Notes: generated by a model from the letters alone, not told the origin. A stretch of DNA of 64,000 bases from Octopus sinensis (GCF_006345805.1 NC_043013.1:37324001-37388000), one strand, 5' to 3'. Positions 1-12,955 are shown, numbered from the stretch's first letter. Made by a program: numbers and translations.

Positions 1-32
<32 letters not shown>

Positions 33-62
33 AATGTGTGTGTGTGTGTGTGTGTTTGTGTG
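1..62. repeat. (TTA)n followed by (TG)n microsatellite
   Basis: Direct reading: tattattatt... then tgtgtgtg... Confidence 0.95.
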
Positions 63-404
63 CGTAGAAGTTTGAAAAGTAACACGCGTTAAAACATATG
101 GAAAAAAAGTCAAGGTAGAAAATGCTAAAAGAATTTTATAAAAACATTTCAGTACCGGTTTCAGTCATTGAAACTTTTTTAACAGTAAGTATGGGAAACA
201 ATTAAATTTTGGAAAAATTCACAGAAAATTGTTATTTAAAAAAGATATTTGCAAAGTCTTCAAATACAAGAGGCCTTTTCTTTGTTTCTGCCTGTTTCTG
301 TCTCTCTTGTGTACTCTTGTGGGTTTGCGGTCGTTGTGTTTGTGGTGTGTTTGTGTACCTGTAATATTAGCGGTTCTGGAAAAGACACTGAGAGAATAAG
401 CACT

Positions 405-505
405 AGCATTACGAAGTATGGATCCTCGGGTCGATTCGTTCGACTACAGGCGGCGCTCCGGCATAGCCGCAGTCAAATCACTGAGGCCAGTAAAAGAGTA
501 AAAAA
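405..505 (+). mobile_element. SINE family B, 3' tail fragment
   Basis: gggtcgattcgttcgactacaggcggcgctccggcatagccgcagtcaaatcactgaggccagtaaaagagtaaa matches the 3' ends of the copies at 7716 and 27737. Confidence 0.8.
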
Positions 506-639
506 AGTATTTAAAAATTTCTTTAGTAAAAACAATAATGAAACACAAACTTAAACAGAAGTGATTTCGTTGCTAGATTTTTTAAACATGTGTCATGGGG
601 TAGCCCATATAGAGATTTTTCATATTTAATATCTTCGAT

Positions 640-1262
640 TATGGAATATCACCAAGAATATGCTGTTGTTCTTACTTTTGAGCATGCTTATAATGTTTAC
701 ATTTCTTTGCTGATTGTTCAGCATGTGTTGTCAGAGTGATGGAAAGAGGCATTCAAGAGCTCTTTGCACTGATCTCATGACACTGCTTCCATTTCTTCGT
801 CTCACATAAACCTTATCGTGTGGTTTATGTGTTTATGGTATTTACCATTGACGGTTAGTATTTTTCAAGTTTTGATATCTAGGCTGCACATCTGGTGAAT
901 TTTCAATGCAATCTCCCAAATGTGGGTGCTAGCACTGGCACGGCAAAGTATTATAAGGTATAGTCTTGTTAAACAGATCTGAGTTCATTATTCTTCGATG
1001 TGTGTAAAAGTACTCTTTGTTCATTCTGGTTTTATACGCATATCCTGCTTGCGGCATTCTCGGCGATAGGTAAGGTAGACAAGTTATTGATATATATATT
1101 CTATCTGCTGCACAGTCTTTCCATGGTTGAGCTTATATCTTTTCTAAACTCCATCCATATATACTCTCACACTGTTGTAACTTGTTCTAGTTGTCTCATG
1201 TTTTCATGTTACCAGAATATAAGTTTAGGTCAGCAACTAAAAATGTGCGGGTGACATTAATT
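640..1262 (-). mobile_element. Decayed R4/Dong-clade non-LTR retrotransposon, reverse transcriptase C-terminal half (frameshifted pseudogene)
   Basis: Manual minus-strand translation across frameshifts gives colinear motifs FLVADLNLYSGN (~LFMDDLKLYAKN), IWMEF (~IGMEFG), KEYFYTHRRIMNSDL (~KEY..RvrkIlkSkL), NT/FAVPVLAPTFG (~INT.AVPVL.YSFG), DIKT*KILTVNGKYH (~D.KTRK.LT..g.hH) and DKVYVRRRNG (~DRLYvpRkeGG). Confidence 0.7.
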
Positions 1263-1394
1263 GTTATACTATTCTACACATCCCAGTATGAAGCCTTGAC
1301 ATTTCGTCATACACATCTACGTATGTATCCACGAGCGCGAGCTCACATACACGTGCGCACACTCACACTCACACATGCATAATATATAACATAC

Positions 1395-1473
1395 GTAACA
1401 TATATATATATATATATATTTATATTACGCATTATATAATATATATATGTATACATTTATGTTACGTATTATA

Positions 1474-1519
<46 letters not shown>

Positions 1520-1530
1520 ATATGTAATGT
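1395..1530. repeat. (TA)n-rich microsatellite
   Basis: Direct reading. Confidence 0.9.
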
Positions 1531-2741
1531 GTAGATAGGTCTGTTGCTGAAGTATGAACCCGCGTGAGTTTATTTCTGTGTATGTGTATATTCCTTTTCA
1601 TTAATCTCTGGCTTTGCTTTCGTGTTTATTCTCCAAAATTAGAATAATTAAGTAGGCCAATTTATTTGATAATATTGATCAAATGATGTAAATTACGATA
1701 TGCTGAAATAATGAAAAAAAAAAAAAAAAGAATAGATTTTCTGAATTAATTAATTAATATTGTACACCATTCAATAATGAAAGAATTGTGCAATCTGTCT
1801 TTATTGTAACACATGTTAACAACTGAACGAATTTTAGTAAACAATATGGGGCTTATTCGGTCGTTGTTTTTTCCCTATTTTGTTGTCAAAATGGGACTCG
1901 TATGGACTCTATTAGTAATTTATATACATACTAGAATAAAAGAATAAAAGAATACTAACGCACACCGACGCATACATACACGCACACATAAATATGTGTA
2001 TATGAGTATTTTTGAATTTATAATATATATATGCATATATTTGTACATATATATTTTATGTATATGTTTATATATGTAATGCATCTAAGTATAACTATAT
2101 ACATAGAAATATACTCAAAGTATGTATACTCAATTTTAAAACTAAAGTGATTACGCTTGCTTTAGATGTTCTGTGTTTATTACTAAATGAAAACAGAAAA
2201 ACAGAAAGAAACTTGTGCTTTATAATATCCATACAAAACCGAAGGCTTTGATTAACTCGAAAATTTAACTAAACTGGGAAGATGTAATATATATATATAT
2301 ATATATATATATAGATAGATAGATAGATACATAGATGCGTGGTGAAGCTACGTTTGTAACCTTGTCGTTTCCAGTTATTAGCGACTGCCTAGCACCTTCG
2401 ACGAGTGTTTTATTATTTTTCCCCCGCGGTACCGAGGTGACCGATGCTGTATTAAACAGACATATCACTAAGATATCAACAGAAAGCAAAGGGAGACGCC
2501 GATTATTTGTCTTTTAGGTAATAATAATACTACAGAATTAATTCTCAAGAACATGCGATTTATTTATGCTAAAGTCTGTGTGTTTGTGAACGTGTGTCTG
2601 CATTTGTATTTTTGTTTGCCAATATGGGTTGTGTGTATAGTTGATTTGTTTATATCCAATTCTTCATCAATATAGTCTTCGCTTGATGAAATTATTCGCA
2701 CAATTATATGAACAATTGCTGCTAATATGAATATGTAAAAC

Positions 2742-2880
2742 AAGGCGGAAATCTGGTAGAATCATTAGTTTAGAAAATGCTTAGCCGTTTCATCTTTTCG
2801 TCCTTCACGTTCTGAGTTCAAATCCTGCAGCTATCGACTTAATCTTTCATCGTTTCGGAGTGGATATAAAAAAAAGTATC
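2742..2880 (+). mobile_element. SINE family A (tRNA head plus central core), degenerate 5' part
   Basis: ggcggaaatctggtagaatc (box A-like), gttcaaatcc (box B), degenerate core ctttcatcgtttcggagtggat. Confidence 0.7.
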
Positions 2881-2884
2881 CTTT

Positions 2885-3165
2885 TCTACTCTTGGCATAA
2901 GGCCCGAAATTTTTTGGGTACGGGGTCAGTCGATTACATAGACTCCAGTACGCAAATGGTACTTAATTTATCGATCCCGTAAAAATGTAAGGCAATGTCG
3001 ACCTCGGCAGAATTTGAAGTCAAAACGAATACAGACGAAATACCACTAATTATTCCGCCAGCATGCTAACCTTTCTTATTTCTTTATTGCCTACAAGGGG
3101 CTAAACATAGAGGGGACAAACAATGACAGAAAAAAGGAGCAAGTCGATTACATCGACCCCAGTGT
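2885..3165 (-). mobile_element. SINE family A copy (2885-3070) plus a second 3' tail fragment (3075-3165)
   Basis: Reverse complement of the family A core and tail (gtcgattacatcgaccccagtg; aggggctaaacatagaggggacaaac). Confidence 0.75.
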
Positions 3166-3370
3166 AATGTAATTAATGCTTGTTAGTTTGTCTTCAAATT
3201 TTCCGCTTTTCTAACGACGACCCTGTATATATATGTAAGTAATTCCCCTGTACGCAAACACTCACAGATATGCATTCTTTAACATTGCAAGGAGAATTTT
3301 TTAAACGTCCTGCTGCGTGTCAACTAAAAGGAAAAGCAAAAACTGAAAGATAAGATTGCCACAGCTGAGT

Positions 3371-3560
3371 GGAGGCGCAATGGGCCAGTGGTTAAGGCAG
3401 CGGACTCGCGGTCGTAAAAACGCGGTTTCGATTCCAGGACCGGGCATTGTAAGTTTTTATAGAGCAAAAACACCTAAGCTCCACGAGGCTCCGGCGGGGT
3501 GGGGGGGGGATGAACTCGGCTATACTCTTTCACCGCACTCTTTCTTCCTACTTCTGTCAC
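3371..3560 (+). mobile_element. SINE family C, 5' part (tRNA-like head)
   Basis: ggaggcgcaatgggccagtggttaaggcagcggactcgcggtc...ggtttcgattcc; homologous to 33795-34108 and 38108-38230. Confidence 0.85.
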
Positions 3561-3699
3561 AAAGTAGAGGAACCATGGTGAAACCCACTATGGTGCGGTA
3601 TTCTTTCAAACCCTGATGTAGATTACGAATCCTCTGTAAAAACATACGAAAGCGATTTTCATTTGTTACTTTTATAGAAGGCATCGAGCTATTAAAATT

Positions 3700-4220
3700 G
3701 ATAGTACGTCGAAGGAAATGCTTAGCGGCACTTCGTCCGTCTTTACATTCTGTGTTCAAATTCCGCCGATATCGACTTTGCTTTCACGTTTGGCTGGTCG
3801 ATAAAATAAGTACCAGGTGAACACTGTGGTCGATGTAATCGACGTATCTCATCCCCACTAATTTCAGGCCTGGCGCGAAAGGATTATATGACTTTCACTC
3901 AGGGCGTCGGAATGGCAGAGTCTTTAGCATGCCGGGCAATATGCTAAATAACGTTTCGTTCAATTTCGCGTTCTGAGTTCAAATTCCGCCGAGGACAACT
4001 TAAGCTTTCTTTTCAAAAACTGTTGTTCTGAACAGAAATTTTAAGCCATTATCTACTTTAGTCATTCTACCGCGATCGAGATTTTCATTTTATCCTTGTG
4101 GATCCGATGAAATAATGTACCAGGCGAGCACTGAATTCAATGTAATCAAGTTATTTCTTTATTGAATTCAATGTAATCAAGTGGCCACTTTCACACAAAA
4201 TTTCAGGCTTTGTGTCTAGA
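3700..4220 (+). mobile_element. Two consecutive degenerate SINE family A copies
   Basis: Two gttcaaattccgccga box-B segments and two core segments; the second copy has an internal insertion and a 20-bp direct repeat tgaattcaatgtaatcaagt. Confidence 0.75.
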
Positions 4221-4864
4221 ATACAAAGGATTTTTGAATTCAAGTTTTGAAAATGATAAGCTTCTAATTATTTTGCATAACAAAATGCCACCTTTCCATT
4301 AGTACTCATGATGAGGACCATTCCATTTTTGTCTACTTTTTGCACAGCCTACAATTTTATCCTCTGATATGTTATTCGCTTTTTAATGAAAATACCGAGA
4401 TATTTGACGAATGCTGAATTCTTATTTCCCGGCACATTAGTATTTGAAACATTTTCCTATCACAACCCGATCCTAAATGAAAAAAAAGCCAATCCTCAAA
4501 TGAAGCCCTCTCGACGAAAACTGTGCGACCTTAATGTAATATCACAAATCGATATTCATACCTAAAATTTAATACAAATTGCGTTAGATGATATGAATAA
4601 ATAAATATCCAATTTTTACGCATGAATTAAACTGATTACAATAGAAATTTAATTGACTTATATCATTAAAGAATATTTTGTACAAAATAGAACAAAGGAG
4701 GGGATAGAATAGACATTTGAAAACTAGTGACATATGTTACTTTAAATTCCCGCTCGTTCTGAAATAGAACAACGAGCATATCCGATACAAACGACGCAGA
4801 AAAACCCCGATAATTTCAGAAGGTAATAGAGTAGATTTATATCAATAGTTTAATAACAGTTACT

Positions 4865-5005
4865 AATTTAGGCACAAACACAGCTGTTGCGAGTGGAGGG
4901 ATTTAGAAGATAAGATCAACCTCGGTATTCGACTGGTATTTGTATCTTATTGATTCCCCCGAAAGGATGAAAGGCAAATTTCACCGAGGTTTGAATTGAA
5001 ACTAT
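4865..5005 (-). mobile_element. SINE family A, degenerate fragment
   Basis: cccgaaaggatgaaaggcaaa is the reverse complement of the core tttgcctttcatcctttcggg. Confidence 0.7.
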
Positions 5006-5064
5006 AACGTAAATTACCCGATTGAGATAATTTAAGTTGTAATTGAAAACTAATCTCTCTCGCC

Positions 5065-5264
5065 CTGTGTGTGTGTGTGTGTGAGTGTTTGCATGTGTGC
5101 ATACATATATACAGCACATACATTGTGAAGATTGGTGATGATGATGATGACGATGATGATGATGATGATGATGATGATGATAAAGATGATGATGATGAGA
5201 ATGATGACAACACGGTGCTGGTGATGCTGATGATGGCTATGAAGAGGAGGAGGAAGTGGAGCGA

Positions 5265-5315
<51 letters not shown>

Positions 5316-5364
5316 AAGAAGGAGAAGAAGAAGTAGTAGAGTAGTAGTAGTAGTAGTTGTAGTG

Positions 5365-5396
<32 letters not shown>

Positions 5397-5617
5397 TTTA
5401 GTAGTAGTAGTAGTAGAAGAAGAAGTGCAGTGAGTGAGGAGATGATGACGAAGATATTGACGTTGAAATATATATTCGTCACTGCCGACGCCTCCGTCGT
5501 CGTCGATTTCATCCTCTTCCTCCGTCTCATCGTCATCAACATCATCATCATCATCCTCTTCCTAATCAACATGATAATCACCATCATCATCATCACAATC
5601 ACCACTACCACCGCCGC

Positions 5618-5656
<39 letters not shown>

Positions 5657-5697
5657 ATAATAATAATCATCATCATCATCATCATCATCGTCATCCA
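5065..5697. repeat. Compound microsatellite (TG)n-(GAT)n-(AGT)n-(CAT)n
   Basis: Direct reading; source of the poly-D/S/V/I/M ORFs. Confidence 0.95.
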
Positions 5698-6000
5698 TTT
5701 AAGAAATGTCATCTCAAATGTATATCGTGATGAGTAGTCCGTGTCATATCAACAGAGGTAAAGTGCTTTGTTAAGATTTTTACCATCATATTTCAGAAGG
5801 TTACAGTTGTAATCTCGTCTACAGAAGACGCATACGGTTATTTAGTTTCTTTCTTTGAGTTCTCTTCTTTCTATTTTTTTTTTTTTGAGTCATGAATCAA
5901 CGGTCCAAGTCTTCTTCAGAGATCTCCTCACGTCAACTGGCAGCGTGCACTTCACCCCAGTGCATCTATTATCTCTCTTAATCTCACGCATTCCATATAC

Positions 6001-6069
6001 GTGTGTGTGTGTGTCTGTGCATGTGTGTGTGTGTATCATCTATATGTATATATGTGTATATATATGTAT

Positions 6070-6133
<64 letters not shown>

Positions 6134-6335
6134 TCACTGTGTCATCTCCCTCTTTCTCTCTCATTGTCTCCCGTTTTTCCCCCTCTGCTTTTTTAATCTG
6201 GTTTTTGTATGTATGTCACACATACATACAACTGTGTATGTGGGAGAGATTGAGAGAGAAGGAGATTAATAGATAAACAGACAGACAGAGAAAGTGTGTG
6301 TGTGTGTGCTTGAGTGAAGGGTTATATCTATATTC

Positions 6336-6368
<33 letters not shown>

Positions 6369-6385
6369 ATATCTATCTATATATA

Positions 6386-6432
<47 letters not shown>

Positions 6433-6530
6433 ACCTATCTATCTATCTATCTATATATATCTATATATATCTATATATATATCTATATATCTATCTATCT
6501 ATCTATGTGTGTATGTATGTATGTATGTAT
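6001..6530. repeat. (TG)n/(CA)n/(TA)n/(TCTA)n/(TATG)n microsatellite cluster
   Basis: Direct reading. Confidence 0.9.
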
Positions 6531-6954
6531 GTTCGACACTGTCTATCACGCCAGAAACTTTGTAAGCACCTGCTGTTAATATATCACTGGCTGTTTATGG
6601 TTAACCTTTGTGCGCCGGAAACTGTAATGGTAAGGGGTTGCTTTCTAGGTGGGCTTTCAAGTTCAGTGTTTATTATTCTGTCGATAACTTTGTGAAAATA
6701 TCCGGCAAAGAATGGGATGGTTTAAAATTCTTGACTCCATAAATAAATAACTAAATAAAGAAATACGCGAAACTGGAAAAGAAAAGGAAAGAGAGGAAAA
6801 TTAGTTTGAAATGAATCTTTGATTCTTTAGCGTACAACCTATAGGGTACAGTTGTGTTTTGGAATATGTGTGTGTATTTGTGATGGGATATTTAATTGTA
6901 TATACCTCAACACATACACACCAGTACAAAACACACCTATACACTCGTACTTAA

Positions 6955-6992
<38 letters not shown>

Positions 6993-7068
6993 GTATATAT
7001 GTGTGTGTATGTATGTATGTATGTATATATGTATGTATTTGCGAACACATGTGTCTGTGCTTATGTGC

Positions 7069-7104
<36 letters not shown>

Positions 7105-7105
7105 A
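6955..7105. repeat. (TA)n-(TATG)n-(TG)n microsatellite
   Basis: Direct reading. Confidence 0.9.
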
Positions 7106-7605
7106 TGTGATTATCCTTCCCATGACTAATACCTCTGAATGTCAACCCGTTTCAGCCTTTTGATACAAATTTTCTATTCTGAAATCTATTTTGTGTTAAT
7201 GCATTTGTAATAAAGAGTTGGAAAGAAAATAAATTGAAATAACCTTTAACTATCTATTTATATTAAAAGCTCAAATATATTTCTTCAAAATTTGTCATCG
7301 ATACCTTGGGTTCACTACTCACATTTGCATTGTTTTTCCTCATGTTTCAGCAAATAGAAAAATTGAAAAATTAAATAAAAAAATTTGTAAACCTATACAA
7401 CCCTGCATATATGACTGTGTTGTTAAAATATTTACTTCTCACCGATGTCGTTTCACATTCAGTCACACTGCGCAGCAAATGCATTTTATTATAGACTTGT
7501 GTCGGTTAATTCGTTATGTGAGTAATTTAGTGGACAAAGGTTTTGTAGAATCTGAACTGGGTTTCTGTAAAGTTATTTACAGTAATGCTTCGCAAAAAAA
7601 AAATT

Positions 7606-7713
7606 GGCGAGCTGGCAGAAACATTACCACGCTGTGCGAAATGAGTAGCAGTGTTTCATCTGTCTCCATGTTCTGAGTCCAAATTCCGCCGAGGTCGAAG
7701 TTGCTTTCATCCT
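7606..7713 (+). mobile_element. SINE family A 5' part, truncated in the core where a family B copy begins
   Basis: ggcgagctggcagaaac...gtccaaattccgccgaggtcgaagttgctttcatcc, then immediately the family B head. Confidence 0.8.
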
Positions 7714-7715
7714 AT

Positions 7716-7887
7716 AGGCGTAAGAGTGGCTGTGTGGTAAGTAGCCTGCTTACGAACCACATGGTTCCGGGTTCAGTCCCACTGCGCGGTACCTTGGGCA
7801 AGTGTGTTTTACTATAGCCTCAGGCCAACCAAAGCCTTGTGAGTGGATTCGGTTGACGGAAACTGTAAGAAGCCCGTCGTATATATG

Positions 7888-7981
<94 letters not shown>

Positions 7982-7991
7982 ATATGTCGTA

Positions 7992-8034
<43 letters not shown>

Positions 8035-8125
8035 TTAAAGAATAAGTCTGAGGTCGATTTGCTCGACTAAATGTGGTGCTCCAGCGTGACCGCAGTCAAT
8101 TAACTGAAACAAGTACAAGAGCAAG
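7716..8125 (+). mobile_element. SINE family B with an expanded internal (TA)n
   Basis: aggcgtaagagtggctgtgtggtaag...gggttcagtccc (tRNA-like head) ... gaagcccgtcg(TA)n ... ggtgctccagcgtgaccgcagtcaattaactgaaacaag. Confidence 0.9.
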
Positions 8126-8539
8126 AGAGTAATATTTTAATAAACCACAGCTATTAACAGTTCCGTAAATAGTATCTCAAGAAAATGCAAAGTATTAACG
8201 GTCTTAATGTCTCGAAAGGTAAGAAAAGATAGAAATATTTTCGTTCAATATTTTTGTTTTACTTATAAGAGCGAATATCTCTCATAACTTCAGAAATCTG
8301 TGTAATCTCTTTCACCTTTTAATGATGTATAGCTATAACAGTTTTATAATATTCATTGGAAGTTAACTATTCATTTACAAAACTAATCAGCCGTCCTGGA
8401 TTCGAATTTATTTTACCCACAGAGAAGACCAAAGAGGTAAAATCGTGCTCAGTGAGATTTCAAACTCAGGAATTAGATACCAACAATACATAGCATTTTG
8501 TCTGAAGCATTTCCTAATTATTTAAACCTTTCATGAGAT

Positions 8540-8830
8540 ACTGAGTTTTATTCCCGGCTGTGTTGTGTGTTGTCTTCTTAAGCAAAACACTTTATTTCAC
8601 GTTGATGAAGTTCACTCATCTGTACAAATGAGTTACGACGTCACTGGTGCAAGCTGTATCAGTATTTACCTTCCCCTTGGACAACATCGATGGCGTGGAG
8701 AGAGGGCGCTGGTGTTCAGGGGTGTCTGCTGATTTTCCATAAACAACCTTACTCCAACTTTTGTTTCGGAGACGAACTTTCTAGGTGCAATCCCATGGTC
8801 ATTCATGTTCGAAGGTGGTCCATCTATTTA
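8540..8830 (+). mobile_element. Degenerate SINE with a CORE/V-like central segment
   Basis: tgtgttgtcttcttaagcaaaacactttatttcacgttg resembles the gtgtccttgagcaagacactt-type SINE core; related segment at 27420-27500. Confidence 0.5.
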
Positions 8831-9959
8831 AACCTACTGATCAACCGCTATATTTGTATATACGTGCACAGCGAATAACTGCTTCTTATTTTGCCAAAAG
8901 TTCAGAACATTTCTTCAGATGAGGTTCTTAGACGATTAAATCGATCTTAACCCTGCTTTGCTACTTTATTTTATGAACCCGGAAGGATGCAAGACAAAGT
9001 TACCCAAAGCAACATTTGAACACAGAACGCAAAAAGCGCCAACAAAAACGCAAGATAATAGAAGCGAATTCTAAAGAAAAGTACAATAATTTATGTTTCA
9101 CTGTTGTTAAAGTTGTTAATTTGCTACATAGAATTTTTACAAATATATGGTTTGGCATTAATTAGTTTTTGAGTAGTTCTGAGAGGAAACAATTTACAAT
9201 ATCGCCGTCGTAAATGAAAGATTCTTGCAGTAAATTATATTTCGTATTATATTCTCTCCATCTGCGTCTATGTTTCAATATAAGTATTTGTCCATCGGTG
9301 CGTATACAATTTCATTATGTGCGTGTCAAAGGATACAGGCGTACTCACATACACATGCACAAACACGCTCAGCAGAGACACAATAGGAATTCTCTGTCGA
9401 ATTTCGCGAAGTGCATTTTTGTGATAAATTGAACACGATTCAATAAATTAATGTGTAAATAGTTGAGCATTCCTCACACAGAAATAATGTTCAGGCCGTG
9501 ACAATATATAAAAATATTAGACATTTAATTAAAGATACAAAGCAACAGACAAGATCTTATGCAGAATATGTCAACCAAATAACATCCCGCAATACAGTTC
9601 AAGGGTGTATACAACCGTAGGTCAGTGGAGGGTGGGATGGAAGCTGAATCATGATACAAGAGTGTCCGGTTAAATAAAAAACTATGTATATATATATATA
9701 ATAAATGTATGTACCCATCACTTTGTGTACATGCATATGAATGTGTGCAGGCACGTGCATGTACAGAGAGAAAGTAGCGGGCACAAAAAGTGGCATATTA
9801 CTGATTTCACTCAAAAGTTGTATAAGTATGTTTGTTATACCTTCCAAAATTGCAATGAAAACTATACACGCAGACACATTATATTATATGTGCATAGATA
9901 TAATAAATACATACACCCACTTACATCTATGTGTGTTTGTGTATATGTAGATATACACA

Positions 9960-10165
9960 TATTCTTTTATTTGTTTCAGTCATTTGGCTGCGGCCGTGCT
10001 GAGGCACCGCTTTCGGTCTAACAAATCGACCGCATGTCTCATTCTTTGAAAGCTTAGTGCTTATTCTATCCGCCCCTTTGGCCGAACCACTAACTTACTG
10101 AGAAGTAAACGCACCAACATCGGTTGTCAAGCGATGTTAGGGGGAGCAAACACAGGCACAGAAAC
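9960..10165 (-). mobile_element. SINE family B, 3' half
   Basis: ttgtttcagtcatttggctgcggccgtgctgaggcaccgc...catcggttgtcaagcgatg. Confidence 0.85.
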
Positions 10166-10171
10166 ATATAC

Positions 10172-10218
<47 letters not shown>

Positions 10219-10840
10219 GTGTGTGTGTGTGTATGTGTGCGCGTGTGTAAATATATATATGTACATATAGATGCGTATAACTCTATCTACCTACCTATCT
10301 CTCTCTCTCTACACACACAAAGAATTACACACACACTCACATATACACATGCACACAAACAAACACAGACACACATACGCACACACATACATATATATCC
10401 AATAATTATCTCTATTTCAATATGGTCAGATGACTAATTATATGAATAATTGAATAATTAATTTTTAGAAAACTTATTAAAATCCATGCATTCATATATA
10501 TAGGTAAATAAATGCATAGACACATGGTGTGCATGCATATTCGTATGTCCATATGTGCGCGTATGTATGTTTGCGTATGTGTGCGTATTTGTGTGCGTCT
10601 GTATGTTCGTGTGTGCGTGCGTGTATGTGTTTGAACATGTGTTTGCTTGTGTGTCTGTGTTTGAACGTGTGTTGGTGTGTTTGAACATGTGTATGTGTTT
10701 ATACATGTGTATGTGTATGTGTGCGTATTTGTGTCTGTGTTTGAACATGTGTGTGTGTGTTTGAACATGTGTATGTGTTTAAACATGTGTATGTGTATGT
10801 GTGTGTGTGTTTGTGTGTGTGTGTATCTCTGTGTGCATAT
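10165..10840. repeat. (TG)n/(CA)n region containing an ~18-bp minisatellite (GTGTTTGAACATGTGTAT-like)
   Basis: The gtgtttgaacatgtgt unit recurs about seven times between 10625 and 10800. Confidence 0.85.
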
Positions 10841-11756
10841 ACACAAGGATAATTATAAGTAAGTTGCCTCGTAAAGAAAAGAAGCTGAATGATATAAAAT
10901 CGAAAAAAGCTAATTTCATTAAAACAGAATTTACATACATATTTTTCACATAAATATTGCTAGATTAGCATAAATAAATGAATACATAAAGGAAACGCTT
11001 AATGCATAAATATAATGAAACAAAGAACGATGTATGATGATAAAACTAAGCTGCAATTAAAGCTCAACCCAATAATTCTCTATCGATTTCTTAAGTTTCA
11101 ACCCGGGAATGTTCATTATCGTTTGTAGGTAATGATAATACGTGACGTATATGCTATTTGTTAGAGATCATCCTGATGTAAGTTTGTCTTTGTATGTAAC
11201 CAAAACACTAAGCAAACTTTTGGATCAATCTGTAATGACAATAGAATCTTTAAAAAATCTTAACACTGCTAACTTAATTACAACCTTGCTTATACTTTTT
11301 TGTTGTGTAGAAGCCCCCAGACGATGAAGTAGGCTAGCCCAATACGTAGATATAGAGGGAGAAGCCTAGACGTCAGTAGACTAGAAAGAGTAGCAGTCGG
11401 AGGTAGACTAGAACAGAGTAGAGTTGAGTAGAAGTCATCCGAACGTGCGACATAACATCTTTCATTCTGGGTTGTTAACTTAAAACAAATCCAGAATTTT
11501 TTTTTCCAGATAGTCTCACTTTTCCTGCCACTCACATTTTGGGTCCTTAAATCCAGACTCCCTTTTTTGTCATTTCTACCCGTTTTAGTCTAAAGAGCGT
11601 TATATTTCGCTGTCATGGCAATAATTTCAGAAGAATTTCGCTATTTAAGATTAACAAAGAAAAATTTCTTTGCAAACAGTTACGAAATTAATACTCTAAC
11701 TACTATTAGATTTCTGTTTGGTCTTTTCAGTCATTCTGGAAATATCAGGCACTTTA

Positions 11757-11812
11757 GACCAGATGAGTCAAACTCGCGACTCGCGGGCACTTCCAGCCCG
11801 TGCAGCAATTTT
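11757..11812 (+). mobile_element. Possible hAT/MITE terminus
   Basis: cagatgagtcaaactcgcgactcgcgggcacttccagcccg resembles the CAGGGGTGTCAAACTC-GGCCCGCGGGC type of hAT end; no partner end identified. Confidence 0.35.
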
Positions 11813-12335
11813 GATATCATCATGAAATTGGTCCAAATGGCGATATCAGAAAATATAGTATTTTGCTGGCCTCAGCAACACCCATGCCTTCTTGTTGCAG
11901 CTACACATACGTAGTGTGTGGCTAAAGCAGGCCATAATATTATATATAGCACTGACTGCACTACCTTCCTTACTAACGGTGTCATGAAAAGTAGCAATAA
12001 TTTTTTTGCAACATGTTCTTAATTTAAATTTTTATAATTTTGACAGGAGAATTTTTTATGCAGAGCAAAATATTTAAAGTAATTAAAGTTACAGTTAATT
12101 TATTTTGGGAATAAATTATATACCATCTGTTTCAATATATGTTCATGCCCTAAAAGGTTTAGTCTGTTCATTAAAGGTTTAACCTGTTCAGCCATCGACC
12201 TAAAGTGTACTTTGAGTTTTGTGCGAAAGAGTTTGACACCGCTGCGTTAGACAATATAGGTGCATATATACAAATGAAAATGAGATATTACGTACACAGT
12301 TAATCACAAATAAACACTGATATACACTCCCATAA

Positions 12336-12339
<4 letters not shown>

Positions 12340-12408
<69 letters not shown>

Positions 12409-12866
12409 CCGTGAGAGTGAGCGGTTGTGAATGCAACCAACTAAGGGATAGTACCTATCCAATATACTGCTGGTAGAGTACCCAAGTATTAACAATACTC
12501 AAGTGCTGGCTATTGCGTGGCAATTTCACAATCGAGTGTAGTAAATGGGCGGGGGTAATAAGTGGTTTAGCCTTAATTTATACGGCAAAAACAAAATGAA
12601 GGGGTCACAGAAATGACATATATCAACTGTTAAATATTCTAGTATGTCTATTTATTTATTCTAAAACATTTGTAAGAATACGTACATATGATAACACTGT
12701 GTGTTACATACATATGTACCAGTAATACTGGCACATTTGTCTGTAACACACATTCTTTGCATATTTATATATTCTTCCACATGTTTTAGAATAAATTAAT
12801 TGACGTAATAGAATATCTAACAGTTGATATGTGCCATTTCTGTATCCCCTCCGTTTTCTTTCTGCC

Positions 12867-12955
<89 letters not shown>

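Noticed and set aside
3371-3445. tRNA-like heads of SINE families A, B and C as tRNA genes
   Set aside because: They retain boxes A/B but no complete cloverleaf and continue into SINE bodies.
4947-5698. ORFs with poly-D/S/V/I/M/L
   Set aside because: Translations of triplet microsatellites; open in several frames on both strands.
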